Origin: a virus | DNA: 64,000 nucleotides | Reading direction: 5' to 3' (one strand) | IMG/VR virus record: IMGVR_UViG_3300001533_002564 | Location: 32,001 to 96,000 of that record | Shown: positions 1-9,388 of the stretch, one piece after another | Layout: every line of letters begins with the position of its first letter | How positions within the stretch are numbered: the first letter of the stretch is position 1 | The notes under the pieces: model-generated | Told to the model about the DNA's origin: nothing | Database searches by the model: none | Seen by the model: the letters and a program-made list of their open reading frames with translations, nothing else | Translations under genes and position numbers: made by a program

Positions 1-2
1 AG

Positions 3-512
3 TTTCTTAAAGAACAAGAAGTTGTTGATTTATTAAAAAATGAAGAACTACAAAAACAGTTTATTTGTGATTCACTTTTAAATAAAGATGATAAAGTGAA
101 AATAGTTAAAATTGCTGATTCAAGTATTACTGGAGATTGGAATGAGCTTAATACTGAAGAAACTAACCGATTAAGATTGGAATATTCAATTGATATGGCA
201 TATGTTTATGATTCATCAAAAGAACCATTATTATTTAATTTATATTTTAATTCAGATGATATTGATATTAGTGTTGATGGATTGCAAGATGATGGTGATG
301 CTTGGTATAATGGTTTTGATTGGAGTGATGTTAATGTTTCTTTATTTACTATGGACGGTGATGAAATTAAATTTACTGCTTTTGAAAATGCACCAGAAAA
401 AATTCAAAGATTATTTATTCGACAATATATTCAAGATTTCATAGAAAATGAATCATTAAATATAAAAACACCAGAAATAAAAGATACGATAAAAGATACA
501 TCATATTGTTAA
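3..512 (+). CDS. Hypothetical acidic protein, 5'-truncated
   Basis: The frame of ORF 96..512 is open back to position 3 (FLKEQEVVDLLKNEELQKQF...), so the true start lies before the window. Confidence 0.7.
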   Translation, partial: FLKEQEVVDLLKNEELQKQFICDSLLNKDDKVKIVKIADSSITGDWNELNTEETNRLRLEYSIDMAYVYDSSKEPLLFNLYFNSDDIDISVDGLQDDGDAWYNGFDWSDVNVSLFTMDGDEIKFTAFENAPEKIQRLFIRQYIQDFIENESLNIKTPEIKDTIKDTSYC

Positions 513-513
513 A

Positions 514-975
514 ATGAATGCTGAAAAAAAAATAATATTAGAAAAAATTGATTCACTTATAAGTAAAAGTAAAATTAAATTACTTAAAGAATTGCCATCA
601 ATTCACGAAATTACTGATGGATTTATTGTTCGTTTTTTTACTGAATGGGATAATTGTGAAGATAATGTTGATATTAAATATAAAAAAATCATTAATAAAA
701 ATAATCCTAATGAATCTAATGTGTTTTTCTTTATTCCACAAAATTCTTATTTTCAATTAAAACAACGTTTTTATGTTGGTTCTTTAATGTGTTTAAATGG
801 GAAATTAGAAATTGATTTTGATGGTATGACATATATTCTTAATAATTATTCTAAGTTAGAAATTAATTCTGATGAACTTGAAGGAAAAGCATTAGAGAAC
901 ACATATGTTGTTACGACAAGTAATAGATTAGATTGGTCTAATCATATCCATAAATATGCTAAAACCAATTATTAA
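514..975 (+). CDS. Hypothetical protein, possible degenerate cupin-like fold
   Basis: 153 aa ORF in an operon; the 'LMCLNGKLEIDFDGMTYILNNY' segment resembles cupin beta-strands. Confidence 0.45.
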   Translation: MNAEKKIILEKIDSLISKSKIKLLKELPSIHEITDGFIVRFFTEWDNCEDNVDIKYKKIINKNNPNESNVFFFIPQNSYFQLKQRFYVGSLMCLNGKLEIDFDGMTYILNNYSKLEINSDELEGKALENTYVVTTSNRLDWSNHIHKYAKTNY

Positions 976-1179
976 TTACCATTTTTTTATTCTACAATGT
1001 GATTTAAGACTTCTTACTTTAGCTGGCATATAACAACCACATAGAACACAAAAATTCCTATTATTTAATTTATTACATTTAACACAGATTTCAATACGTT
1101 TTTTTGCTTCTTCTTCTATTTGAGAATTTTGAAATGTTAAATTTTTCCATCCATTATAAATTTCAGATAATTTACTCAT
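976..1179 (-). CDS. Small Cys-rich (Zn-binding, DUF6171-like) protein
   Basis: RIEICVKC...FCVLCGCYMPAKVR...C.IKKW pattern. Confidence 0.65.
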   Translation of the reverse strand: MSKLSEIYNGWKNLTFQNSQIEEEAKKRIEICVKCNKLNNRNFCVLCGCYMPAKVRSLKSHCRIKKW

Positions 1180-1828
1180 TATCTTTATAATAATTTAAAA
1201 TTTCTTCATTTATTATTTTTAATATAGTTTCATCCATTCCTGAAATCCTATTTAATGATGCTTCACCACCTTCAATAAATAATTCAGATAAATCAGACCT
1301 TTGGTGTGATATATCTAATGCTTTATTTATTAAAACTAATATTTCATTAGGGTCGTTAGTATTAATTAAATCTTCAACAATTTTTCTCAGTGATTCTAAA
1401 CCATAATCACTAATTAAATCATGTCCGTTTGAAAATCTAGGTAAAATATTATCTAATATTTCATCATATCCCATTTTTTCAATATATTTCATTGCTTCAC
1501 CCCAATCATTTACTCTTTTTCCTGTTTCATCAGTATTAAGTACCATATCATTAAAAGCATCAACATCAAAATAACTAGTATGACCAAAAAACATTGTAAT
1601 AACATCTAAATATAAAAAATTTTGAATAATTATATTTTTCCAATCATAAATATATTTTGTAGGATAATGTGTTATTTTACCAAATTTCATGAAATCATTA
1701 AGTGCTTTTTGATACATATTTGGATTTATCTTTCGTAAAATATGTTTTTTTGAAGACTTATTGACCATATCCATCAATATTTCTCTGAATAAATTTTCAT
1801 ATTCTTCGTAATAATTATCAATCTCCAT
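1172..1828 (-). CDS. Hypothetical protein
   Basis: 218 aa ORF translationally coupled to its neighbours. Confidence 0.7.
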   Translation of the reverse strand: MEIDNYYEEYENLFREILMDMVNKSSKKHILRKINPNMYQKALNDFMKFGKITHYPTKYIYDWKNIIIQNFLYLDVITMFFGHTSYFDVDAFNDMVLNTDETGKRVNDWGEAMKYIEKMGYDEILDNILPRFSNGHDLISDYGLESLRKIVEDLINTNDPNEILVLINKALDISHQRSDLSELFIEGGEASLNRISGMDETILKIINEEILNYYKDNE

Positions 1829-1830
1829 AA

Positions 1831-3867
1831 CTATCTATATATTATTCTACCACCTTTATTTATCTTTAAATTATCAGTTAAGTCATTATTTGATTCAATC
1901 ATTGCATTATGTAATATTTCTGATGATGTTAAAGCATTATTATATATTCTTAATTTTTGAATTCCACCAATAAAACTATAATCAAAATTTTCTTCAATAG
2001 TTAAATTATTTTTTCTTTCATCTTTCACTAATATATCAGCAGCAGTATATTTAAAATCATTTACGAAGATAGTACCACCACTAATAAGTTCTTTAGTTGA
2101 TTCAATTAATAATCCAAGATAAACTGAATTTTGACCAGTATTATCCGAAGTTCTGAAAGTACTTTGTAAATCAAGCCAAGTTTCTTGACCAGTAACAGCA
2201 TAACCAATTTCACCAGTATCTAGACGACTATAACCAACTAAATTAATATTTTCTTTGGTTACTGGAAATCCAGTTTCACCATAATATACAATTTTATCAA
2301 CAGACCATTGATATTCTAATCTATCTGGAAATGGATGTAAATCCAGCGCATTATCTTGTAATAAAATAGTATTACTTAAAGGATATATATATTCAATATC
2401 ATTAACAATATTAACATCAACATCATCACTATACATTAAAATACTAATTTTATTTTTTGCATCACTATTAAAAATATTTTTAACAAACACAGATAAATCA
2501 ACAACATAATCTCTATTGGATAATACTGATATTGGTTGATTGAATTTAATAAAATAAGTATTACCTGTTCCACCAGTATATTCGATTTCCATTACAGTAA
2601 GAGGAAGTTCGATATCGGGTTCACAGGTATTTACATAAGTAAATGTTGTGCTGTTAGCACTTAATGATAATCCCGCTAAATATGTATCACCAGTTGGTGG
2701 TGTATAACAATCAGTAGGTATTGGGTCGGGTTCAACAATAAATTTATTATTAACATATGTACTATCTTGATTATTATAAATCATATATGTTTGATAATCA
2801 TAATGCCATGATTCTCCTAATCCAAAACTACCACCACCCCAGCTAATTGAATACGGAACACCTATCTGTTTTTCTTTTTCATTAATAAAACCTTTAAAAT
2901 AAAATTCAGAAAATTCTTTAATTATCCAAAATCTACGACCATTAACATAAAAGATTAGCTTACCTAATCTACGTTCAGCACATTCTAGTTCATCTGAACT
3001 AATAATATTATCTGGAACGAAAACTATATCAATTATTGTTCGACCACTTTTTGAATCAATTGTTGATGGTGATGTATTTGATATTATAATACCATCATCA
3101 TTAATATATTTATATCCTAATCTTTTATCTGGTGTTAATTCAAATGCAATAATATTATTTTTTATGTTATCAATAGGTTGGACTTCACGATATTTTGTAC
3201 GATACATATTTTCAGGTTCTCTAAAATTATCTTTTAATACTTTATATGATTCTAAAGCATCAAGAAAATTATTTAAACTAGTTGTTACACCACTAACTGT
3301 ACTTCCCGTAATAGTTTCGCCACTAAAATATGGATTATATTTATTTTCAGAACGAGCACCCATCATATAAAAAATACCTTGCGATTCTGTATTCAAAAAT
3401 AATATTGTTTCAATAGTAATTCCATTATCATATCGAGCAGGTAGTAATTCATAATTATAATCTTCTAATTTAAAAAAACCTTGTAAATAACCACCATCTA
3501 ACTCAAAATAATTTCCAGAAGTTCCAGATGTTATTCCTGTTATTGGTAGAAATTCCGTTGTTACAGTAACACCACTAGTTTCTTCTGTAGTTGGATTATT
3601 AACGATATTATAACCAACTCTATGCATTGAAAATAAATTATTGTTTGGTGTTAATGTAATACCATCCCACATTATATTTGTTCTACCGTTATCAAAACCA
3701 GTTAAACCAAAATCAATTAAGTTTAGATTATCTGAAATAGCATTAGACCATTTAGTTAAACTAAATGATGTTAAACCAGTATTTAAATCCCATGAATTAG
3801 GATTTGTGAGGTCAATATGTATTGCCAAATTACTGGTAATTATGTTGTTTTTACATTCTAAATTCAT
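1831..3867 (-). CDS. Virion structural protein with C-terminal LamG/ConA-like motif
   Basis: 678 aa, T/G/S-rich; 'FIGGIQKLRIYNNALTSSEILHN' is LamG-like; late motif upstream at 3886-3893. Confidence 0.6.
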   Translation of the reverse strand: MNLECKNNIITSNLAIHIDLTNPNSWDLNTGLTSFSLTKWSNAISDNLNLIDFGLTGFDNGRTNIMWDGITLTPNNNLFSMHRVGYNIVNNPTTEETSGVTVTTEFLPITGITSGTSGNYFELDGGYLQGFFKLEDYNYELLPARYDNGITIETILFLNTESQGIFYMMGARSENKYNPYFSGETITGSTVSGVTTSLNNFLDALESYKVLKDNFREPENMYRTKYREVQPIDNIKNNIIAFELTPDKRLGYKYINDDGIIISNTSPSTIDSKSGRTIIDIVFVPDNIISSDELECAERRLGKLIFYVNGRRFWIIKEFSEFYFKGFINEKEKQIGVPYSISWGGGSFGLGESWHYDYQTYMIYNNQDSTYVNNKFIVEPDPIPTDCYTPPTGDTYLAGLSLSANSTTFTYVNTCEPDIELPLTVMEIEYTGGTGNTYFIKFNQPISVLSNRDYVVDLSVFVKNIFNSDAKNKISILMYSDDVDVNIVNDIEYIYPLSNTILLQDNALDLHPFPDRLEYQWSVDKIVYYGETGFPVTKENINLVGYSRLDTGEIGYAVTGQETWLDLQSTFRTSDNTGQNSVYLGLLIESTKELISGGTIFVNDFKYTAADILVKDERKNNLTIEENFDYSFIGGIQKLRIYNNALTSSEILHNAMIESNNDLTDNLKINKGGRIIYR

Positions 3868-3885
3868 TTTATATAGGAATTTATA

Positions 3886-3955
3886 ATAAATACTGAACCC
3901 AATTGAATATAATTGAGTATTTATAAAAAATGATTAATTAAATTAAGTATTTATA
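3886..3955. promoter_or_regulatory. Divergent late-promoter cluster (GTATTTAT on the - strand at 3886-3893 and on the + strand at 3917 and 3947)
   Basis: Motif recurs about 15-50 nt upstream of start codons throughout the window. Confidence 0.7.
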
Positions 3956-3970
3956 TTAAAAATCAAGAAT

Positions 3971-4453
3971 ATGAAAAAAAATAGTAAGGAAAGATTGTTC
4001 GAAGTTATGGGTAGACTCGATAAAACATTTAAACCAACATTAAACGAAAATTTTGAAGAATTAGAAACTACTGATGATATCGAAATACCTGCTGAAACTG
4101 GTGAAGAAACTTCTGATGTTCCAGAAATAGAAGAAAAATCTCCAGAAGAAAAACTTCAAGAAATAACTGCAAAGGTTGATGAAATTTATGCATTAGTTCA
4201 TGGTGATACAGAAGAAATTTCTTCAGAAGAAATTTCTTCTGAGGAAATTGATGAACCAGAAATAAATGATAATGAAGTTGAAATTCAAGAAAATAATTTA
4301 AATGAACATCATTTAGATGACAGAAAATCTCAAGAAAATTTTATCTGTAAAAATGACAAAACTTGTAAGAAAGAAGATTTAAAAGACCTTTCAGATGATG
4401 AAGTTAAGAAAAAATACAATGCTCTTGAAAAGAAAATGGGAATTGTAGATTAA
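3971..4453 (+). CDS. Acidic hypothetical protein, possible head/core protein
   Basis: 160 aa, Glu-rich, LNE motifs, 15-bp tandem repeat encoding EEISS twice (about 4211-4240). Confidence 0.6.
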   Translation: MKKNSKERLFEVMGRLDKTFKPTLNENFEELETTDDIEIPAETGEETSDVPEIEEKSPEEKLQEITAKVDEIYALVHGDTEEISSEEISSEEIDEPEINDNEVEIQENNLNEHHLDDRKSQENFICKNDKTCKKEDLKDLSDDEVKKKYNALEKKMGIVD

Positions 4454-4466
4454 TTATTTTATTATT

Positions 4467-5279
4467 ATGAGTGAAAATAAAAAAAATCCACGTTTTTGGG
4501 CTGCGAAGTATTGGAGAGGACATAATATTTCAGAAACACTGAAAGAAGTTGTTGAACCCGATAATGTTGATGTATCAACCATTCAAATGCATGATACATT
4601 AAATCCACTTATATGGGAATCTGATGAGAAAATTAAAAATGATGTTAGAAAAACATTATTAATGAATGCCAAGAGATTCATTGAATTTAGTAATGTTGAA
4701 AATCTTAAATTTGATGATATTATTTTAACAGGTAGTATGGCTAATTATAATTATAATGAAAATTCTGATTTGGATGTTCATATTGTAATGGATTTTACTC
4801 AAATTTCAGAAAATAAAGAATTTGTTGGCGATTTTTTAAAATTAAAAAAACAATTATGGTCTAATCAATTACCAATTAAAGTTAAAGGTCATGATGTTGA
4901 AATGTATTTTCAAGATAGTGCTGAGCCACATCATTCATCGGGTACTTATTCTTTAATAAAAAATGATTGGATTAGAAAACCTACAAAAAAAATTGTTAAT
5001 ATCGATAGTGCAAATGTTCAATTGAAAGCTGCTGATATAATGAATAATATTGATGATTTAGAAGATAATATGGATGAAGAAAACTTCATAAAAAAATATG
5101 AATCATTAAAAAATAAAATAAAAAGATATAGACAATCTGGACTTAATAAAAGTGGTGAATTTTCAACAGAAAATCTTGTATTTAAAATTTTAAGAAATAG
5201 TGAATACCTTGAAAAATTAATTAATATGAAAAAAGATTATCTTACTAAAACATTAAGTCTTGATGAAATAATTAAATAA
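4467..5279 (+). CDS. Pol-beta superfamily nucleotidyltransferase
   Basis: ILTGSMANYNYNENSDLDVHIV = GS-x(10)-DxD catalytic motif, plus downstream 'HDVEMY'. Confidence 0.8.
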   Translation: MSENKKNPRFWAAKYWRGHNISETLKEVVEPDNVDVSTIQMHDTLNPLIWESDEKIKNDVRKTLLMNAKRFIEFSNVENLKFDDIILTGSMANYNYNENSDLDVHIVMDFTQISENKEFVGDFLKLKKQLWSNQLPIKVKGHDVEMYFQDSAEPHHSSGTYSLIKNDWIRKPTKKIVNIDSANVQLKAADIMNNIDDLEDNMDEENFIKKYESLKNKIKRYRQSGLNKSGEFSTENLVFKILRNSEYLEKLINMKKDYLTKTLSLDEIIK

Positions 5280-5282
5280 TCT

Positions 5283-5531
5283 ATGAAACGATTTATTATT
5301 ACAAATGCACAACTAAATGAATATGTTGAAAGTAAAAGAGCAGAAAAAATTTTCTATGATATTGTAAAAAGTTTACATAATAATACAAAATTTTTAAATG
5401 AAAATGTTTCAAATAAAAAAGCAAATCAATCAATAATAAATAATTATAAACGTAAGAATCTCATAACTCCAAGAGTTTTTGAGATGCTTATTAAGAATAA
5501 AATTATTAATGAAAATAATGAAATAATATAA
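5283..5531 (+). CDS. Hypothetical protein
   Basis: 82 aa; N-terminus MKRFIITNAQLNE resembles leaders of phage head-associated proteins. Confidence 0.6.
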   Translation: MKRFIITNAQLNEYVESKRAEKIFYDIVKSLHNNTKFLNENVSNKKANQSIINNYKRKNLITPRVFEMLIKNKIINENNEII

Positions 5532-5609
5532 GATACTTATATTTTTATACTTAATTAAGTATTTATAAAAAAATATAAGACAAATAATTCATATAAAAAA
5601 TTTATTCAA

Positions 5610-8225
5610 ATGAAAAAACATACATCAGAAGAAGCATATTACGAAAGAATGCGAAATTTAAGTAATATAAATGAAACTTCGATAAAAGAATCTAAAAATC
5701 GTACATTAGGTACTTTAATTGATTACAAAAGAGCACCAGATGGTGTTGCATATGGTATTGTTAAAGAACAACATAAATATTATATTAAAAAAGGTGGTCT
5801 TAATGAAAACTTAAGTATTGCAGATTTTGCTTATATTGGTGGACTACAAAATCTTACTGAATTTCAATATGGTAAATTAGCAGAAGCTGAAAAGCAAAGA
5901 AATATGTTGTTTAATACAATTAATGAAAGTATTTCAACTAAAGTAAGTAAAAACGGTAGTAGAGCAGAAGCAAAAAAAATGTTGACAGAAGATAAAGCTA
6001 GTCAAGAAATTGAAATGGCTACTCAAAAAGTTGATGATTTGGACGCTGCTACTGATGCTGCTCAAGTTCCTGCTGAACCAGAAATACCTCCTGCAGGTAA
6101 AGAAGGTGGTGAAGAAATGGATGCTGGAATTGATGCAATGCCAAATGCTGATGGTGGTGATATGCCTCCTGTTGATACATCTGCTGATGGTGGTGAAGAA
6201 GTTGATGTAGATGTTGATGGTGAAGAAGATAATGGTGAAGGTGAAGAAACTGATAATGGTGAGGGTGAAGAAGGTGAAGCTACAAGGGAAATTGAAAAAA
6301 ATCTTGGTAAATTAACTAACACTTTAAGAAAAACTGAATTAACTGATTCTCAAATTATTTCATATGTTAAAACATTTCTATCTGCATTTAAGGAAAAATT
6401 TCCAGATATCGATATTGAAGATAGAAAAGAAATGGCAGAAAAAATTACAAAAGTAGTTCCACCTGAAGATATTGAAGATTTAGGTCAAAATGTTGAAGAT
6501 ACTGATGGTAGTAAAACAGAACCTGAATTAGCTGAAGAAGAATGTTCAGAATGTGGAGGTTTTGCACAATATGCTGAGTCACGTGGATATGATGCCGATT
6601 CAATTAAAGAATGTGGTGAAGAAGAAATGACTAATTTAATTAGCGGTTATGCTAATGCAAATAGTGAAGGTCAAAATGATGGTGATTTTAAAGTAATTGC
6701 TTTATTTATAACACCTGAAATTATTGAAAAATTAAAAGGTGATTATGGTCATGAAGAATTTGCAAATCAAGTTGAACCGTTTTCAACTGAAATGAATGAA
6801 ACAACAACTGAAGACCGTGATGCTCAAATTAATGAATTATTTGGTGGTCTTAAAAATTTAGCTAAAGATGCTGGTCAAGGTATTAAACGTGGTGCTCAAG
6901 CAGTAGGACAAAAAGTAGGTGATGCTGCAACAGCAGTTAAACAAAGTTATCATACAGGTGAATTACCAAAAGAAGTAAAAAAACTTGAAGGTTTTGCAGC
7001 AAATCTTGGTAAACAAATTGATGCTTTAAATAAAAGAATGAAAAAGGCTGGTAAAGAACCAATTAATGTTCAAAGTATTTTAACAACAATAAAAAATCAA
7101 GTTGCTTCTGGTGGTAGTGCTGATTTAAGTAGATATACCAATGAAGAAGGACTTCCTATTGACCATACTGAAATTCAACCAAATATGGAACTTGAAGAAG
7201 AAAATAGTGAGATGAGTTCAGATAAAATTAATTCAGAAGAAGAATTTAGAGAATATGCTACTACTGTATTAAAAAAAGCACATGGTGATGATTATGATAC
7301 AGATAAAGCAGATTATATGATTAAGGGTTTAGTTAATATGACAAAAGCTAGTGATGAAGAAAATTGGGGAGATGCTATTGGTATCTTACAACAATCACTT
7401 GATGAATCATCACTTGATGAAGATGTTAATATTAAAATTATTGAAAAAGCAGGGAAAAAACTTAGTCCAGATAATACACCTGAAGTAGAAATGAAAGAAA
7501 GTGTTGAAGAGAAAGAAGATGATTTAGATATTGATAATCTTGATATCAGTACTGAAGAAACTCCTGCCAAAGAAACAGAAGATAATTTTTTAGATGTAAG
7601 TAAACATAAAGAACCTGAAATGGATATACATTCTGGATTTGATTCAATGGGTGGTGGTGTTGTAAAACCTGATGGTTCAGAAACAACAACAGTTGAAGTG
7701 ACTAAAGATAGTGTAAATGTTAGCTTAAATGAAAATAAAAAAGATGTTAGTAAAACTGAAAAAAAACTTAGAAAATATATTCGAAATAGACTTGAAGAAC
7801 ATGCTGGTATAAAAAAACCTAGTTTAAATGAGAGTGCAAAATCTAAGGCAATTCAAAAACTTGATAGAGTTATTGATAAACAATTCAAATTATATGAATC
7901 TGAAATTGTTAAAAAAAAAGATAATATAAATGAAATATTTGGTTTTAGTGTTAAAGAAAAATTTCAAAAACTAGACCCAAATGACGCAGAAAGTGTTGAG
8001 AAATTATTTAATTCTACATATAGTAGTGTATTAGGTAGTATGGGTGCAGTAAGAAATGTTGCAAAAAATACACCAACTAATGTTAAATATGATTTAATAA
8101 AAAAATATGTTGAAAATGATGGTGGTACAATAAGATTAAATAATGGACAACTTGCTTATCAACCACAATCACTAAAAGATAAATCAACAACATTTGCTGG
8201 TGGTGGTAGAAGTAGATTAGGATAA
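5610..8225 (+). CDS. Large acidic putative internal head/core protein
   Basis: 871 aa, D/E/G-rich low-complexity tracts, many I/L-x-E motifs, late motif at 5559. Confidence 0.6.
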   Translation: MKKHTSEEAYYERMRNLSNINETSIKESKNRTLGTLIDYKRAPDGVAYGIVKEQHKYYIKKGGLNENLSIADFAYIGGLQNLTEFQYGKLAEAEKQRNMLFNTINESISTKVSKNGSRAEAKKMLTEDKASQEIEMATQKVDDLDAATDAAQVPAEPEIPPAGKEGGEEMDAGIDAMPNADGGDMPPVDTSADGGEEVDVDVDGEEDNGEGEETDNGEGEEGEATREIEKNLGKLTNTLRKTELTDSQIISYVKTFLSAFKEKFPDIDIEDRKEMAEKITKVVPPEDIEDLGQNVEDTDGSKTEPELAEEECSECGGFAQYAESRGYDADSIKECGEEEMTNLISGYANANSEGQNDGDFKVIALFITPEIIEKLKGDYGHEEFANQVEPFSTEMNETTTEDRDAQINELFGGLKNLAKDAGQGIKRGAQAVGQKVGDAATAVKQSYHTGELPKEVKKLEGFAANLGKQIDALNKRMKKAGKEPINVQSILTTIKNQVASGGSADLSRYTNEEGLPIDHTEIQPNMELEEENSEMSSDKINSEEEFREYATTVLKKAHGDDYDTDKADYMIKGLVNMTKASDEENWGDAIGILQQSLDESSLDEDVNIKIIEKAGKKLSPDNTPEVEMKESVEEKEDDLDIDNLDISTEETPAKETEDNFLDVSKHKEPEMDIHSGFDSMGGGVVKPDGSETTTVEVTKDSVNVSLNENKKDVSKTEKKLRKYIRNRLEEHAGIKKPSLNESAKSKAIQKLDRVIDKQFKLYESEIVKKKDNINEIFGFSVKEKFQKLDPNDAESVEKLFNSTYSSVLGSMGAVRNVAKNTPTNVKYDLIKKYVENDGGTIRLNNGQLAYQPQSLKDKSTTFAGGGRSRLG

Positions 8226-8245
8226 TAAAAATAATATTAAAATAT

Positions 8246-8278
8246 AAAAAAACCGAAAATTAATTTTCGGTTTTTTTT
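8246..8278. terminator. Intrinsic terminator (palindromic, likely bidirectional)
   Basis: AAAAAAACCGAAAATT/AATTTTCGGTTTTTTTT. Confidence 0.8.
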
Positions 8279-8307
8279 GTAACATATAGTTTAATTAGTC
8301 GTATAAT
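8277..8307 (+). promoter_or_regulatory. Putative early promoter TTGTAACATAT-N12-CGTATAAT
   Basis: Both boxes and the 12-nt spacing recur exactly at 42820-42850. Confidence 0.6.
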
Positions 8308-8324
8308 AATAAAAATGATTAATT

Positions 8325-8738
8325 ATGATACATAGAACATTTGAAGGTTTTAAGTTAACAAGAATTTATCTTGGTGGTTCTAAGAAAAAAGAAAAAGATA
8401 TATTTTCAACTGTCCAAGATGTTGAAAATGATTATCTTGCTTGTGATTGGTTAGAATTTAGAAGAATTATTGTAAAATATTGGGACGATATATTACATGT
8501 AATACATTCATGGGAAATTATATTAAAATTAATTACATTATTTTTATTGATATCATCAATATTATTATTTAAATATCAACATACTTCCTTGATATTGTTT
8601 AGTATTTCAATAATCTTTTTTTCTATTTATTCTTATATAAAACAAAGAAGAATTCATATATTAAAAATGTATGGTTTTACATTATCAATAACTAATGATA
8701 AAATAAAAGAATTATTTGGTTTTGATTCATTAGTTTAA
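8325..8738 (+). CDS. Membrane protein with 2 predicted TM helices
   Basis: Hydrophobic stretches IILKLITLFLLISSILLF and LILFSISIIFFSIYSYI. Confidence 0.65.
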   Translation: MIHRTFEGFKLTRIYLGGSKKKEKDIFSTVQDVENDYLACDWLEFRRIIVKYWDDILHVIHSWEIILKLITLFLLISSILLFKYQHTSLILFSISIIFFSIYSYIKQRRIHILKMYGFTLSITNDKIKELFGFDSLV

Positions 8739-8760
8739 GTATTTATATTAAAATCATATT

Positions 8761-9246
8761 ATGGATTACGATGAAAAAAATTTAAAGCTAATTTATGTAT
8801 TAAAAATTGGTTATAATGCAAAAGATGAAGGATTATATGAATTTATTTTTTCATTAGACCCAGAAAATATTGAAGTTGAAGATTGGTGCTGGGATTTAAG
8901 TCCTGCGTGTGACAATGTGTTACCACCAACTGAAAATTATATTAATGGTATTTTTAATTTAAAAACAAGTTCATTTGATTTATTCTGTTTGCATGAAGCT
9001 GTTGATAGAGAATATATGCATGGTTATCATACAATTCATGCATTAGCTTATGAAATTGAGAAAGAAGATGATAGTCCAGCACCTTTTAGTGATTATGAAA
9101 GTATGTTCGAAAACAATAATGATGATATTCCATTATTAGTTTTTCATTATGGTATGACGCTTGAGAAAGTTAAGAATCTATTAATTTCAAGAAAGATGAT
9201 TTTAAAAAACAATAGTTTTGTTGAAACTTCATCAATTGAATTATAA
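8761..9246 (+). CDS. Hypothetical protein upstream of terminase
   Basis: 161 aa ORF with late motif at 8739. Confidence 0.7.
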   Translation: MDYDEKNLKLIYVLKIGYNAKDEGLYEFIFSLDPENIEVEDWCWDLSPACDNVLPPTENYINGIFNLKTSSFDLFCLHEAVDREYMHGYHTIHALAYEIEKEDDSPAPFSDYESMFENNNDDIPLLVFHYGMTLEKVKNLLISRKMILKNNSFVETSSIEL

Positions 9247-9289
9247 TTACTAATCTTATTATATAAAAAATTTAAATATTCAATAATTA

Positions 9290-9355
9290 AGTTCATCTTG
9301 CCGTTCAGAAGAAGGAAATCGAAACACGATATATTAAAATATATGTCGTGTTTTG
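9290..9355 (+). other. Intergenic structured element (13-bp hairpin with a relatively GC-rich leader)
   Basis: AAACACGATATAT-N6-ATATGTCGTGTTT stem (one G-U pair), preceded by GTTCATCTTGCCGTTCAGAAGAAGG. Confidence 0.45.
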
Positions 9356-9388
9356 CTATTTATAGTATTTATTTATAAATATTTATAA

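Noticed and set aside
8761-9246. Small terminase subunit
   Set aside because: Only the position supports it; no recognisable TerS features
9310-9360. Hammerhead ribozyme (CAGAAGA...GAAAC...stem)
   Set aside because: The core reads CAGA rather than CUGA, and no stem I pairing is visible
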